From contig CM041465.1 of the NCBI GenBank assembly GCA_023213395.1, positions 188,239,741-188,303,740 of the forward strand: a stretch of DNA of 64,000 nucleotides, given 5' to 3'. A program made the translations under genes and the position numbers. Below the pieces are notes generated by a model. The model was not told the DNA's origin. It searched no databases and saw only the letters and a list, made by a program, of their open reading frames with translations. This document shows positions 25,829 to 40,200 of the stretch, piece after piece. This stretch comes from Cycas panzhihuaensis (taxonomy: Eukaryota > Plantae > Cycadophyta). The stretch's first letter is position 1; each line of letters starts with the position of its first letter.

Positions 25829-26728
25829 ATTTTGATGTATTTCCTCTGGATTTTACAAATGGTGACTGTTGATAGAAACCATGTGACAGTGTTTGGCAAC
25901 ATTGCAATTGTTTTTTATTTACTAACTATGGATCAGTAGTTGGCAACTTTTGACTTTTACTTGGTAGGATTGAGTGCAAATGGCCAAATAATTGGTAACT
26001 TATTGCATGAAATTATGGCCTCATCTTGTCAACAACCATATTATAAGATATTGGTGAGGCATATAAAGCATAAGAAGTTCTGAAGGTTCTGTAAGTTTCG
26101 TTGCTCTGTTTGTGAAAAAAACTTCCTCAGGATTAAAGAAAGAACAATTTTAGTTGTGTATTACATTCATATGACTTGGAAACTAACTATATCAGATCCC
26201 CACAGTGGGAACAATCTCTAATTCTGTGCCTAGTGCCTAGAACAATTGAGGCATTGTTGTAGAAGAAGTTTGTAAGTCTGTTTGCCAAGATTATTTGTGA
26301 TATATTCCACTCTTATAATATATTAGAGTGTAATTTTAGACAATAACAAGGCCCTTGGACCCCAAGGGCAGCACAGAAATGGTGTGTTCTAGGTTTTAGA
26401 GGGCTCATACTATTTGCCCTAGTTTTCTATGACTAGCCCAAACTTTGGTTAATGCAACCTAAACAATGTTTGGGGAGATCAATATCATTGCCAGTTACAT
26501 GCATACATAAAAATTAATGTGAGAAACAAGTACAAATTGAAAGAACTAAAATAAATTTGAAATAGAAAATGATTTTGAATATTGCCTCCCATGTTGACAT
26601 GCTTGATTTGCTCTTCAAAAGTTTCATGACTTACCTTGCAATGCTTGAACAAAAATGCAACCCTAATTATGATGTAGAAGTGCATGTAATTTGTCCATTT
26701 TTTTTTTTTTAAACCATGTGAAAAAACA

Positions 26729-27049
26729 TGAAACATAAATCATGCAATTTTGAACAACCAGGATCTTGATCATACACAACAAGCAAACCATCAAAACAAC
26801 AAAGTTCACAGTACACCAGTTTTATGTGGGAAATTTTTTTGGCACAAAACCTATCACAAATGATCAATTGATCACATTGATTACACTTAGATGATTTTAC
26901 AATGAACTATGGGTTATTTTATAATCCCCCAAACGGTATGTCCAACCCATTGGTTGCGACCTTTCGATATTCACACCTTTTGTATTAACGTTAACTATAA
27001 CCACATTTAACATTAAACGTGTGGTTTAGTATTAACTGCCACGCTAACA
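26729..27049 (-). mobile_element. Solo LTR related to the Copia D LTR
   Basis: tg..ca ends, perfect TSD aaaca (26724-26728, 27050-27054). Shares catacacaacaagcaaac, gatcacattgattacac and cacatttaacattaa with 29000-29343. Confidence 0.8.
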
Positions 27050-28999
27050 AAACAATACATACAAATCAAATTGGAAAAGAAAAAGTACATTGCATTAAAA
27101 GTCATCTTTGGTCCATTTGATTTATTTTTTAAAAACTAGTGGTGCATGAAAGGAAAGGAGAGAGAAATGGATGCAAATTGATATTGTACATGTTTATTTG
27201 AGGCTGTCCCATTTATTTCTTTTGTGTCAACCACAATTAACTGCTGGCATTGGTTCATCAATATGTACCCTTATAGTCTTGGCAATATTTCCTCGAATCT
27301 CTTATGTGAGAAATTATTCTCTCCCTCCATCCTCTAGTTGGACTTCCTAGAGGACTTTCAACTTTATTTTATCATAGTACCTAGTCTGAATTAGAGCTCA
27401 CTCTTCTTGCTTGTCCATCATGGCAAAACTTCTATTAATCCTCCCCCTATGTTTATGTTTGTTTTCATAATGAATTTTGAGATGGTTTTGGATATGTTTC
27501 TTGTGTTTGAGAGGTTGTTTGTTGGTTTTATCGGCTTGATTATTGGACATTGTTTGTTGAATTTTCATCATCATAAGTAGTTATAATTTCTTTTACTAAT
27601 GACCTCTGTACTTGTGATGCCATTCTTTGCTTTCCCAATTTTGTGGGTCTTCTAATTGCACTTGCTCAAATTGGTTATTCTCTAGTGGTTTTTATTCTAG
27701 GCTTGGTTTATCTATTTGAGCACTTTGTGGTTGTTGAAGGGTTTTTCCAGTTGATTAATTTGCATATGATGGCCCATGTAGCGTAAATACTTGCTGTTGC
27801 TATTTCTATTTGTTGATAATTCATTACTATGTTTGTAGCCTTTGTGTTGATTTGGATATGGTCAATGGAAGTTAATGCGCTTGAATCATTGTTATGAGGC
27901 TAGTTTTTTGGCGGTGATAATGTGCAACTAATTTTGGATTACTAGTTTGACATGTTTGACGTTTTGTTCACCTCCTGGTGGCATGATTGCCATCATTATT
28001 TGCAACTTTACACCCATTTGCTGGACTTCTTTACGTGAGCATGTTTGCTACTATCTCCATTGGGAAGGTGTGATATCCCCTTGGCTTTTTCTTTTGACTT
28101 CATGTCTTGAGCTTTTTTTCTTGTATTTATCACCCAAGGGAAGTCTATTATTATTCTTCTTGTTCCAAAGATTCTCTCTTGGTCATTTTAGTAGTTTTGT
28201 TGTTTCCCCACCTTTATTGTTTGTTGTTTTATGTGATTTTCATCAGTTGTTTGAATACTTCTATTTGCTAATTATGGAAGAAATTGTTAATACTCTAGGG
28301 TAATGAATTATCAATTACATTGAATATTTCCTATGTTTTTTTCCCTCGATTGTTGTTGCCTTCACTTACCTATTTGAAGGGGATGCTAGACTCTATGTAT
28401 GAGTAGGAGCTTAACCCATTGTTCACATTTTTGTTGTTATCCTTTGTCCATTATACTTTTTATCTGATCCCATGAGTTGAATGGGGATTGCCTTCTATTT
28501 GACCTTCAGAGTTGAATGGAGATTGTTCTGCTATATTTTGTGTCAATTGAATGATGTTCATTGCCTTAAATATTATGGTGGTTTCATTTGAAAGTCTTGT
28601 GAGAGAGTTGATAAGAACTTCAATGCCCTAAATTTGGAGTGCAATAATTATAGTACATAACAAAAGAGAAATTGATGCAATATACTTATTTTGTTGTTGA
28701 AAATAATGATTCTATTGATAAAAAGAATTATATATAATTACAACAAAAAAAAGGGTGCAAATGGCTATAAACCATCCATGTTGGTAAATTAAATGTCTAT
28801 AGTTAAAATAATACTAGTCTAAAAAATAGGTTAACAAAATTACATCAAATTTTAAAAATTGGAAATACAACATAAATAATAAACATAAAACATGTTCATA
28901 AGATCATTATAAAATTAATAATTTGGTTGGGGAGTCAAAGTTGAGTTCCTTCCATCCCCTTCTTTTGTGTTGTGTTTGTCATCATCTTCAATGTTGCTA

Positions 29000-31900
29000 T
29001 GAAATATGAATTTATGTACATATGTTAATATTTCGTAGAATCTTTAACCATACACAACAAGCAAACAAGATATACACAGAATACAAATGCATAGTATACA
29101 TGATTTATGTGAAAAACCCTTTTAAGAAAAAATTCATCACAAAAGATCCTTGGATCATATTGATTACACTTTCTTGAATTGATTGAATATATAAAGGCTC
29201 TAGGATATAAATATTTTTCTAAGAGGTGTCACTCAACAAAGGTTGTGACCCTTTAAATATTTTGCTCCATTTTGATAATCATGATTAGTTAAATCACACA
29301 TTAACATTAATTAGTGGTTTAACAAACAATTGTTATGCTAACATCCCCCTTTAATGTAAATGTGGGAAACTTGCAACTTACAGTAGTTGTGTTATCACAA
29401 AGGTTGAAACTATCATACTGCTTCTTTATCCTTGTCAATATACCTCTCCTCAAGGATAACATTTGTGAGTCATGACTCCTGATCCGGTATGCATCTTTGT
29501 GAATTGATCTTCAGTAAGTGCTTTAGTGAAAACGTTCGCAAACTGATATTTACTTGGACAATAGTTGACCTACATTTTTTTTGACTTGATCTGTTCTCGG
29601 ATGTAATGGTGATGTATCTCAATATACTTTGTATGAGTATGAAACTCTATATTCTTTCACAAGCGAATAGTACTTTGATTATTGATGAAAATAATTAAAT
29701 GCCTATTTAAAATTCCAAGAACTTCCAAAAGACTTTACAACCATATAGCTTCCTTTGTGTCAGCACTGACTCATTGATATTCTACCTCTATAGAAGAGAA
29801 TGTCACTGTTTGTTACTTTTTTTACTGCCACGAAATAAATCCATTACCGACACCAAAGATGTATCTAATTGTGAACTTCCAATTGTTAAAGTCTCATTCC
29901 TATTCAACATCAGTGTAGCCATGCAACCTTATCTTTTCACCTCGACAGTATTCGAGACTAAGGTTGAATGTCCCTTTTAGGTACTTCAGAATTCGCTTCG
30001 CTATAATTCAATGTGGCTTCTGAGAATTTTGAATATATGGAGAAACTAATATAACAACATAGATAACATCTGATATGGTATAAGTTAAGTAGACATGACT
30101 TCCTACCAACTGGCAGTACTACATTCCATTTACAGAGGGTTTGGTCATATCTTTCTACAATCTTGTGCTTTTAACACATGGTGTTGCAATTGATTTGCAA
30201 TTTTGCATTCTAAACTTGTCCAATAGGTTCTTCACGTACTACGTCTGCAATAACATGATCAAATCTTCCATCTGCTTGATTTGAAGGCCCAAGAAGTAGT
30301 GAAGTCTCCTGAGGTCTGTCATGTCAAAAGTATCTCTCAGATTAGACTTGACTTTTATAATAGTCTTATTACAATTGCCTTCGATGAGTAAATCATCCAC
30401 GTACAACACAATAACTACTATTGAGATTTCTCTCCTTTCATATACAGATTCAGGTTGAGATCAGAAACAATGAATCTTTTAGCTTTCAACTTGGCATCAA
30501 TCTTTTCATACCAAGCACAAGGTGCTTGTTTCAAGCCATAGAGTGATTTTTTCGATCGCCATATATGATGCTCCTGACCTTCCTCAATGAATCCTAGAGG
30601 TTGCAACATGTAAATCTCCTCCTTTAGATCTCCATTAAGAAATGTAGACTTGACGCCCATTTGATATAACTTCTAACCATAAACGATTGCTAAGGAAATG
30701 ATCAAATAGACTCATAATTTTCGAGAATAGTGCAAATATCTCCTTATAATTAATTCATTTCTTTTGTTTGAGCTTTCGAGTGACAAGCTTGGTCTTGTAC
30801 TTGTCCACCTCTCAATTAGAGCAAAACTTAGTCTTGTAGATCCACTTGCATCCAACAAGGTTCTTTGTCAGAAGGGAGCGCAACCAAATACTATGTATCG
30901 TTCTTCATGAGTGAATCATAATCCTCTTATATCACAACTCTTCATTGTGGATCACCTTTCGCTTTATCATACGAATCGGGATCACTAGAGTTGTTGGTGT
31001 CTACCAATAGAGTTCGACTAGCATATTGACTTTTTGTTCTTCTCTCATCAGCAAGGGCATGTATCGCTGCTTCAGAATCTTCAATCATCTTTTTTGCCCA
31101 TAGTGGTATAGAAGGACTTGGTGCTATAGGTACTTCTTCATATGGCAGCTCCTCATTATTACTCGCTCCACTCGGCTCTACTTCCTCATGAATTCCAACG
31201 ACTCGCTCATCGTCCTTTTCACCTGACGAATCTGAGAATGGAAGTAGTGGGGGTTAAAAAGGATCTTTTGATGATTTTTTAACATGATACGTTAATAACT
31301 CATTGAATTTTACATAATGACTAATCACAATCTTTCTCCCATGTGGATCCCATAGTCTGTAAACTTTGATTTGATTTGAATACCCCACAAAAATACATTT
31401 CAAACTCTTTCAATCTAACTTCTTGCAATTGTCATTTGGGATGTGTGCAAATCTAATGCACTCAAATGCCTTCAAATCACTAATGACAGGTTTACGACCG
31501 GTCCATTTTTCTTTAGGGGTCATGTTTCAAACTACTTGAGTGGGAACCCGATTTAGAATATAAATAGTAGTCAGCACAGCCTCTGCCCAAAACATCGGTG
31601 GCAAGTTCTTAGAGTGCACCATACACCTTGCCATCTCTATCATGGTACAATTCTTCCTTTCTACAACACCATTTTATTGTGGGATATACAAGATCATAAA
31701 TTTCTGTTTAATACCATGATCCCAACAGAATTGAGTAAATGCATGATTGTTGTACTTCTTGTCATTATCACTTGACAATGTCTTTATTTTCTTTTCACTT
31801 TCATTCTCAACCATCATTTTCTAGTTACGGAAGGAATCAAATACATCTAACATATTCTTCAGGAAGTATATCCAGGCTTTCCTGGTGTAGTCATTCATAA

Positions 31901-34900
31901 ACACAAAGGTGCACTAAGCTTCTAATATTGAAGGGTTTAGGAGTGGACCCACTACATCTGTATGCATAAGTTCTAGCTTTTCTTTGGTTCTGCAAACATT
32001 TTCTTGAGCAAGAGAATAGCAACAATGCTTTCCATACATGCACCCTTTACAGATACTATATGAGCATGAAACATATAGTAATCCTTCCACCATCTTTAAC
32101 TTTTTTTATAGTGCGATACTTTTATAATTAAGGTGTCCTAGGCGATCATGCCATAATTTGCTCACATCATCCGCGCCAGCAACAAAGACATAAGACTTCT
32201 TCTGAGATTAAAACTTTTCAAACACGAAAAAGTTATCTCTGACATTTCCAATAACAATAACAGAGAAATTCTACTTCGAATCCTTAATTAGGTATCTATC
32301 ATGATATTGTTCTACCTTCATTCCTTATTTGCAGATTTCTCGGGTCAAAAGTAAATTCAATTGCATCTTGAGTACGTAATATATTCCTATAAGTTTACCA
32401 CTTGTCAAAGAAATTTCACCAACACCCTCTACCGGCAACACACATGCATCTCCAAGGATGATTTTCGCACCACTACGATTTTCACTCCATGTATCAAAGT
32501 TATGCTTCTAAAAGGAGATATGTTTCTGTGCTTCAGAGTCCAGAATCCAATAGTCTTTTTGATTTGACTCAGTTGACAAGGTTGTCGCTCTGACCCAATG
32601 TGCTGCAACACTCTTCCCTTTGTCATCCTAGCTAACTTTAAATTTGTCTCATCTCTTGAACCAACGATTATTTTTTCTGTGGTCTTATTTTTTGTAGTAG
32701 TTATACTTACCATTAAATTTTTTCTTCTCTTGAGAGTCTTCCTCAAATCTATGTGTGAATATCTCCTCCTAAACGACTTCCCTCTTCTATGTCTTCAAGG
32801 CTAAGCCCTGACTTGACTTGAAATATTATGTTTTAACTTGACATCCTCTATTAGAATAAGGTTCTTAATGCCATCAAAGGTTTTTACCTCTATCACTTCA
32901 TCTCTATCATAAATGGTCTAAAAAGTGGCAAAAGTGGCTAGAAACTTTGACATGATCATTACAAAGAAGAGCGCATCATTGATCGAATTCGGCTTCAATT
33001 CTTCTAGTTTATTCACCAGATCAGTGATCTTATTCAGGTAGGAACTTATATTGGTGTCATCTTCTACCTTAGAATTGAGAAGCTTCAATATTAAGGTTAG
33101 ATGTCTATTTGTCTTCTTTTTCTTAAAAGTTTCACACAGTTTTGCCTATATTTTATCTGGCTATTCTGGATTATGAATCAAAGCTCTCTGGTCCAGCGCC
33201 AATGATAGTTTCAACAATTCTATGGCCATAAATTGCTACTCCTCAAGTCACACACGCTCTTTATGGTCAAGCAGGATCGCGTCTACCTTCACCTTAGTAA
33301 TTCCCTAGAGTTGATTCACTATCAACATTGACTCTATGTTGGCCTTCCACTCATTAAAATTGTTGCCATTAAAGATAACTTTTGGCATCACATGCTCTAT
33401 CTCGAGGAACGTTCTCCCACACACGAGTTAATATTACCAAACTGATAAACTTATAGTCTTCTAGATAAATTACACCACTATAGTCTCCTCTGTCTCAGGC
33501 ACACTCATTGAAGAACGCAGAACAATGATTATACACACCGTGCGTGGCTCATCAACTGTTCACCCCTCCCCAACAAGCTCCAAAACATCCTAAAAATACT
33601 AAAAAAAGACTTAAAAACAAAATCAAGATGCTTTAGAATATACTCTAAAATCAAAGAAATCTTAACATAGTGACATGTATACAGTTTCCAAGCCAGATTC
33701 ACACATCATATGTCTTCAATATGATCTCCAAATCATGTCACAAGACTTCATAACACTTTCACAATAAAAAAATATCAATATCAGTATCAATTGTATAGGG
33801 TCTATTTATAAAGTCACTTTTTGAAGGGAATATGCCAAAAGGCATATTCTTAAAAGTTACGACTTCTTACGTGTTCCACACCCTTTGGAACTCAACACAC
33901 ATGCTAAATAACGAATATTAACACGTGACAAATATAGACTAAGGTTAATAAGGGCTAAAATATATCAAAAGACAACTTTTGATATCTCATGTAATTCCTA
34001 TAGTCTCTTCTTAAGCTGCGACAACCGCGTGACTAGCACAAGTCATCTCGACTTTGAACGAGCTTCTTACGTCCTTACACTAGTAAGGACCCTCCATAAG
34101 CAGCCTAATCACCATACCAGAAAGCCCTAATCCCTCTCAAGACAAAATCCTAGTCACAGAGTAAAGAAGGGTAACACACTTCCTCTAAGTCACCTAAACA
34201 GTACAAATAACCACACTGCCTCCAAATAAATCTCCACTGGTAAATGATAGTCTGGCCAACTTACACAGACTAGAAAAACACTTCTACAAGATACAATCTC
34301 ATCCCACACATAGTAAACGACATTTATTTGGAGTATGACAACAATTTAGTATCATATATAATGCAACTTAGTTGAAAAGTGAGCTAACTTATAAGTTTGG
34401 TATGTGGCTATCCTTAACATTATTAGATCTTTATTATAACATGCTTCTGCTGGCTTCAAACAACATCTTTGTTCACCAAGTAGCTTCGAATAACCCCCAA
34501 CGAGCTAACTCTCACCACGTACATGGCATGCACATTTGAATTTTGACCGCAACCGACCCTTATCTTCGTTGATAGGTGAATTTCACCTCCTCAACCACCA
34601 TTGACAACTGTGCTTGCTTTTGCAAGTTTGTTAGAGTAGATGGATCCACAAAGCACATCTTGGGTTTAACGACGTCACTCGACAACTAGTGATCTCACTG
34701 CTCTGCCCAACTCTAGCCTCGGTTGTGTAGGACCCTACAACTCAGATACTGTATTATGAAATATGAATTTATGTATACAGATTTATATTCTGCAGAATTT
34801 TTAACCATAGAAAGCAAGCAAACAAAATATACACAGAATACAGATGCATAGTACATAGGATTTATGTGGGAAACCCTTGCGGAAAAAAACCCATCACAAA

Positions 34901-35100
34901 AGATCTTTGGATCACATTGATTACACTTTCTTGAATTGATTGAATATACAAGGGATTTAGGATATAAATATCCTTCCAAGAAGTGTCATTTGACAAGGGT
35001 TGTGACCCTCTGAATATTTTGCACCATTTCAATAATCACGATCAGTTAAACCACACATTAACATTAATTAGTGGCTTAACAAACAATTGTCACGTTGACA
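29000..35100 (-). mobile_element. Ty1/Copia element D, full-length layout but degenerate
   Basis: 344-bp LTRs 29000-29343 and 34757-35100, roughly 15% diverged by eye. PPT at 29344-29355. Degenerate PBS ~34740-34751. Minus-strand RNase H ~29480-29950, RT (VKSTFLNGDL..LYGLKQAP, 30418-30660), integrase ~31300-32000, gag ~32800-33400. No matching TSD. Confidence 0.88.
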
Positions 35101-37200
35101 AACACCCAACCTTTATAAGACCTTGAATCAACTCCTTTTATGGGTAGAACTACTTTGTTCTTGAATGTAGCCTTTTGCATAGGTGGGGGTGAGGATGGAG
35201 AAACTTCTTTTCCTATTTTAGCTTTATTGTTTGCTTTGGTTTTTGCTTCTAAGTGTTGACTCACCTTGTACAAGTAGAACTTTGTTTAAAGTCTTCTCCA
35301 CTTGGATCTTTTAGGCTTCAACATTGATCTATAATAGCAAACAACCTAGCCAATAGCAAATAAATATGGCTAATACTTGAGGTCTACTCCTTGCATTGAC
35401 TAAGTTGTGGTATGTGCTACTACTCAATGTTATATATGGGTTGATAGAGTTGGAGAAACTACTGCAATACTTTCTTTCTTTGAAAAATGTAATCAAGCTA
35501 TTTCATTCTTTGCTCATTTGAAATCACTTTCGGATGCTTTAGATTTGGATATGCTATCACTATCTTCTTGGGAGGTCAACCTTTAGGCATGGATATGGTC
35601 TTTGCTAGATCATCTTGTCCACCGCACTTCATTTTTCTTGTAATCCATTTCATGAATAGATTTTTGATCTTCCTTCAGATTAATTGGAATTATCAAATGA
35701 TTGGTATTTTTTTTTCTTTACCTTTTAGTTCCTACAATATCATTAGGCAATCCATCATTTATGGTCTCCTTGACCACATAAAGTATAAATAATGGCCCTT
35801 AGTGTATATATGAGACAATTTTTAATCATATATCCCCATTATTGATATTTGAGACATTAAACTGACCTTATCCAATCTCTATTTGTCAGGAGTCTAATTA
35901 AGTATTTTGAGTTCTATGTTGATAAGTGTTTAAGGTATTGGTTGATTAACTTTCAAATTTTACTTATAATCAACTGAATTATGAGTTCTTATATTGCAAA
36001 TGTGATAAGACGTCATACATTCAGTGTACATTGGAGTGCCAAATAACTAATTATCTCATAAATGTGACAATATGGACGATCCTTTTTAGATGGGTTATTC
36101 TCTAAGACTCACTCATCGAAGTCTCTATAACTTGCAGATATATCTTTAGTAGTCCATGTTCTCAATCTAATGGCTCTTCATTTTTATGATGTCCATGTAT
36201 TTAACATTTTATACACCAAACCTTTGCTTGATGTGGCTATAATTCTTGATGTATGCACATTTTTTCTAAGTAATTCAAGAACAATTTGTGGACCTCTAAT
36301 GAAACATTTTCTTCTTGATTCTCTTTGATAATAACTTTTCATTGTAGTTTCGATGGTATTATCATATGATTATAACATGTTGTCACATAACCGACCAAAT
36401 ACTAATAAGAATACCTTCACAAACTTACTTGAGACTATTCATCGATAAGATAAGGACATCAATTAAAAACCTCATTATATTCAATATCAAATTCTTTGAT
36501 AATTTCTCATTTTCCTAGGAATACACTAACAATTTCATCAAATATTCTCTATTAAATTAAAGGGATTTAAAGGATTTTTCAAATATCTCTATGAACATAT
36601 TTCATTTCTTTTATGCCCTTTTGAAATTTGCAATTTTGATACCATTTAAATGTTAAACCTTGCAAGGTCGTTATAAACTCATTTTGTGGATCCAAGTCAT
36701 TAACCACTTTTTGAGGCTTTTAGATTCATTTACAAATGAAGAAATGTTCTTTTGGCCATTTGTTGTCCCATCAAAATTAGGAAGATGTTTGGAATTAAAA
36801 CTATTATTGTTTGTCATTATTCCCACCTTTTTAGTAAATCTAAATCATTTCCTATCAACCAAATTTTGCGTTATTGTAGTTGATCTTCAATTGAGCCCAA
36901 AGGTGATCATAGAATCTTGGTTTATTTCTTCTTTAATGTCATGCTTATATTATTCGAATGCACCATTTTATGCTTGATTGTGCTCTCAAACAATCCACAC
37001 ATCTTGATCTCCACCAACTATATGGAATTCTCAATGCTTCCTTCTTGTGCCCTCTTTTTTTGACTCCTTAATTATCTTTGTATATTAGTTTTTTCTTGTT
37101 TCCACCTTTCTACCATTTGATTTTTTAATATTTTATCTCCAACTTTTCATAATCCACTCATTGGTTTCACCTAATTATTCTCTTTGTGTTGAGTGCCTTC
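35101..37200 (-). mobile_element. Highly degenerate Gypsy-like gag/RT remnants
   Basis: Fragments on the minus strand resemble the Gypsy RT C-terminus (IVLELLRKN..FGV..VKYM, ~36190-36295) and gag (~36900-37200). Heavily eroded. Confidence 0.35.
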
Positions 37201-37207
37201 TTAGCCA

Positions 37208-40200
37208 TGTTAGATTAATGTTTATATGTGAAAGAAAAAGAGTAGGTGAATTATAGGAGTTACAAAGTCTTAAATAGACTTGCGACACATGTTAGGGCAG
37301 TCACATATTTATTTGTTGATAATTATACATCTAATTTGTATATTTATATGTATGATAATGTGTTATCAAATTCAGTGAATAGATTTTCAATGATACCGAT
37401 TGTAGACCATTTCTTCTTCATATGTATTTTCTGATGTGTTGATGTTTGGTTTCATGTTTCGATCATATACGCAGATTTGATATCAGAGCAAGTTACCATT
37501 AAGGGTTGTGAATTAATTTTTTAGTTAGTTACCTTTGAAACCAGCATAAGGTTATGTATGCTGGACTCTGTTTTCAGTAAGAAGCACCATTAACATATAC
37601 CGAAACGTAGGAGAGGAGGAATCAATAATGATTTGAGGCATGAAATTTGTTGCATTATTAATTCCAAGTGGTCACGATGGTTTGTGTCTTTGTGTTGTTC
37701 AAGGACGTACCGGTAAAAATAGCGAACCGATACTATCAGTTTTCTTGTGGCAGAATCAACGAAGACATCGAATTGAATTTTTTCTTGGAATGAAATTGTC
37801 TACACTCCGACAGTTCTGGGGACGTAAATCGGGCAATCTGAACTGCCCTGGACCTCGATTTTGCATCCTTATGGCTCCAAGGTTAAGTCACGCCATGGAT
37901 ATTTATGTCTAATAGGTTTCTCGCCTTAGAACAGGGTGCGCACCTGTGTGCCAGGAATTGGGAATTGGTGGTCATATGGATCAACGTTTGGAATTGGTAC
38001 TGCAGAGTATGGCATCACTTCTGCCACAATGCCGACGATTCAAAGGAGCTGGTTTCATGGTCTCGCGAAAATTACTACTAGGGATTCCAGGGCGGGTTGT
38101 ATGCTGAGCGCTTGGATTCAGCATGAAGGAATGTATTTACGGAGGATACCTGCGGATGTACGTCCAATAGTCGGCCGGCCCCCGTTTTCGACTGTGTAGA
38201 CGTGGATAAAGACCCATCACCGAGAAAAGCTTGCGACTGGTGTTTGTGACTTGAGTTACATGCAAAGTTATGCCGTGTAAGAAATCCAATTGAGAAGCTA
38301 CTGCCAATTTGCACAAAGTGACGAAGAAAATAATATTTGAACACCCTTGCCATCATATTACCGATTGATAGAGACAATCACATTTGAAGAAGAAGTTCGG
38401 ATGCATACGAAGAAGCCACACATGCTTTGAGAGATAGTCCGAATGCAGAGACGAAACTCCATTGGAGCAGTTGGTGGTACTCTCAGAAAATTTTGTGTTA
38501 ACATCAAACAATTGACATTGAAACAAATTGTCATTCAAATTGAATAGACGCAACTAGTGCAAAATTGTTGTAGGCGGGTGTCATATGCAAATGGGAGAAT
38601 ATAGGATAAAAGGATTTTGCTTTTTTTTTTTTTTTGGTAATGTTGTGGATACATTAAATCATATTTGATTTTGTTTTGAGTTCTAAAGTTTCTGCCATTT
38701 TCTGGCTCATAGAGGAGTCCATTCTAAAAGTGGAATATACTTTTACATTGTGTGTTTTTATGTCCTACATAATAAGTTTGGTCATATGATCACTTTTTGG
38801 TTTTTTATATGGTGTTCGATGATTTTTTATGTTTTGTCAATATTCTACGAAGTGATCAAAGACTTTATAGTGAATATTTTCTAATAAAATTAATGTATGT
38901 CATCTAAGGGCTATTTAATATTCACTATTTTCTTGTGGTTGTCGTTATTTTGTCACATTTTGCATTAAAAATGAGTGGAAAATGTTTATTTTTATATTGT
39001 TTATTTTTATATTCAAATAAATTGTCTCAAATGTTCTGTCATAGTTTATTGCATATTAGTTAGTAGCACCTATATGATTAGTGAATAATAGCAACAAATG
39101 AAGAGGTTTAATGATATATGGCACATTGACTCAAGTACCTCTAGGCATATAACAGGTAGATTTGAATGGTTTAGACATATATGGAAAGTCATTGGACACA
39201 TAGTAGTCTTAGGCAATAATAAGGTGCTTACTGTCAAAGGCACAGGTGAAATCCCAATAATTACTTATGATTATGATGATTATTATATGGGAAATGTTTT
39301 ATATGTGTCAGGTTTAAAAATGAACTTAATTTATACCAGTCAAATAGGGGACAATAGAATGAGTGTTCTCTTTAAAGATAAAAGAGCTATCATCAATGAT
39401 TGTGAAGAAAAAAAATGATTGCAGAAGATGTGAGGGATAACCATCTTTATAGGCTTTTAGGTAAGTCTGTAAATCAAAGAGTGTATTTGACTATAGATAT
39501 GTCTAATAAGATTCAACTGTGGCATGAAATATTGGGACATATGCACTTCCTTGACTTTCAATTGCTAAACAAACTGAATATGGTGTATGGTTTCTCGACA
39601 TTTAAGGTAAAAGAGGGTACTTATGAACCCTACATTTTCTGAAAGTGGCATAAGGAAATGTTTCCTAAAGGTAAGGCTTGGAGGGCAACTAAAAATTGAG
39701 CCTGATCCACTATGACATATGTGGTCCTATGCCAACCTTTTTACTTAGAGGTGTTAGGTATTTTTTGACCTTTATTGATGATTTTTTAAGGAAGCCCTAC
39801 GTTCATATTTTGAAAGAGAAGTCTTAGGCATTTGATATGTTTAAAATTCAAAGTGAAAGTGGACAAATGATAAAAGAAACTAAGATTAGATAATAAAGGA
39901 GAGTATACCTTCAAAGTATTTATCCAATTTTATAAAGATTATGGCACAAAGAAGCAGTTAACAGCCACATATATTCCTCAACAAAATAGAATAGCTGAGA
40001 CGATGAATAGAACATTGGTTGATAAAGCCAAGTCGATGATAAAAGCTAAGAACCTCTTAGATATCTTCTGGGTAGAAGTAGTTTGTACATTAATATACTT
40101 GACAAATAGGAGTGTACCAAAGCTGTAAGGAATAAATCACCTAAAGAAGCATGGTCAAGATGTAAATCTACTATTACCCATCTTAGAAATTTTGTAAGCA

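Noticed and set aside
27300-28990. Possible minus-strand LINE remnant (knuckle-like GHHMQ near 27770)
   Set aside because: Too eroded; no continuous endonuclease or RT motif could be read.
38078-38377. 99-aa minus-strand ORF as a CLE-like secreted peptide (ends ESKRSAYNPPWNP)
   Set aside because: No clear signal peptide, and the C-terminus does not fit the RxVPxGPNPLHN motif.
38425-38468. gacgaaac segment as a hammerhead ribozyme
   Set aside because: The required CTGANGA box is absent.
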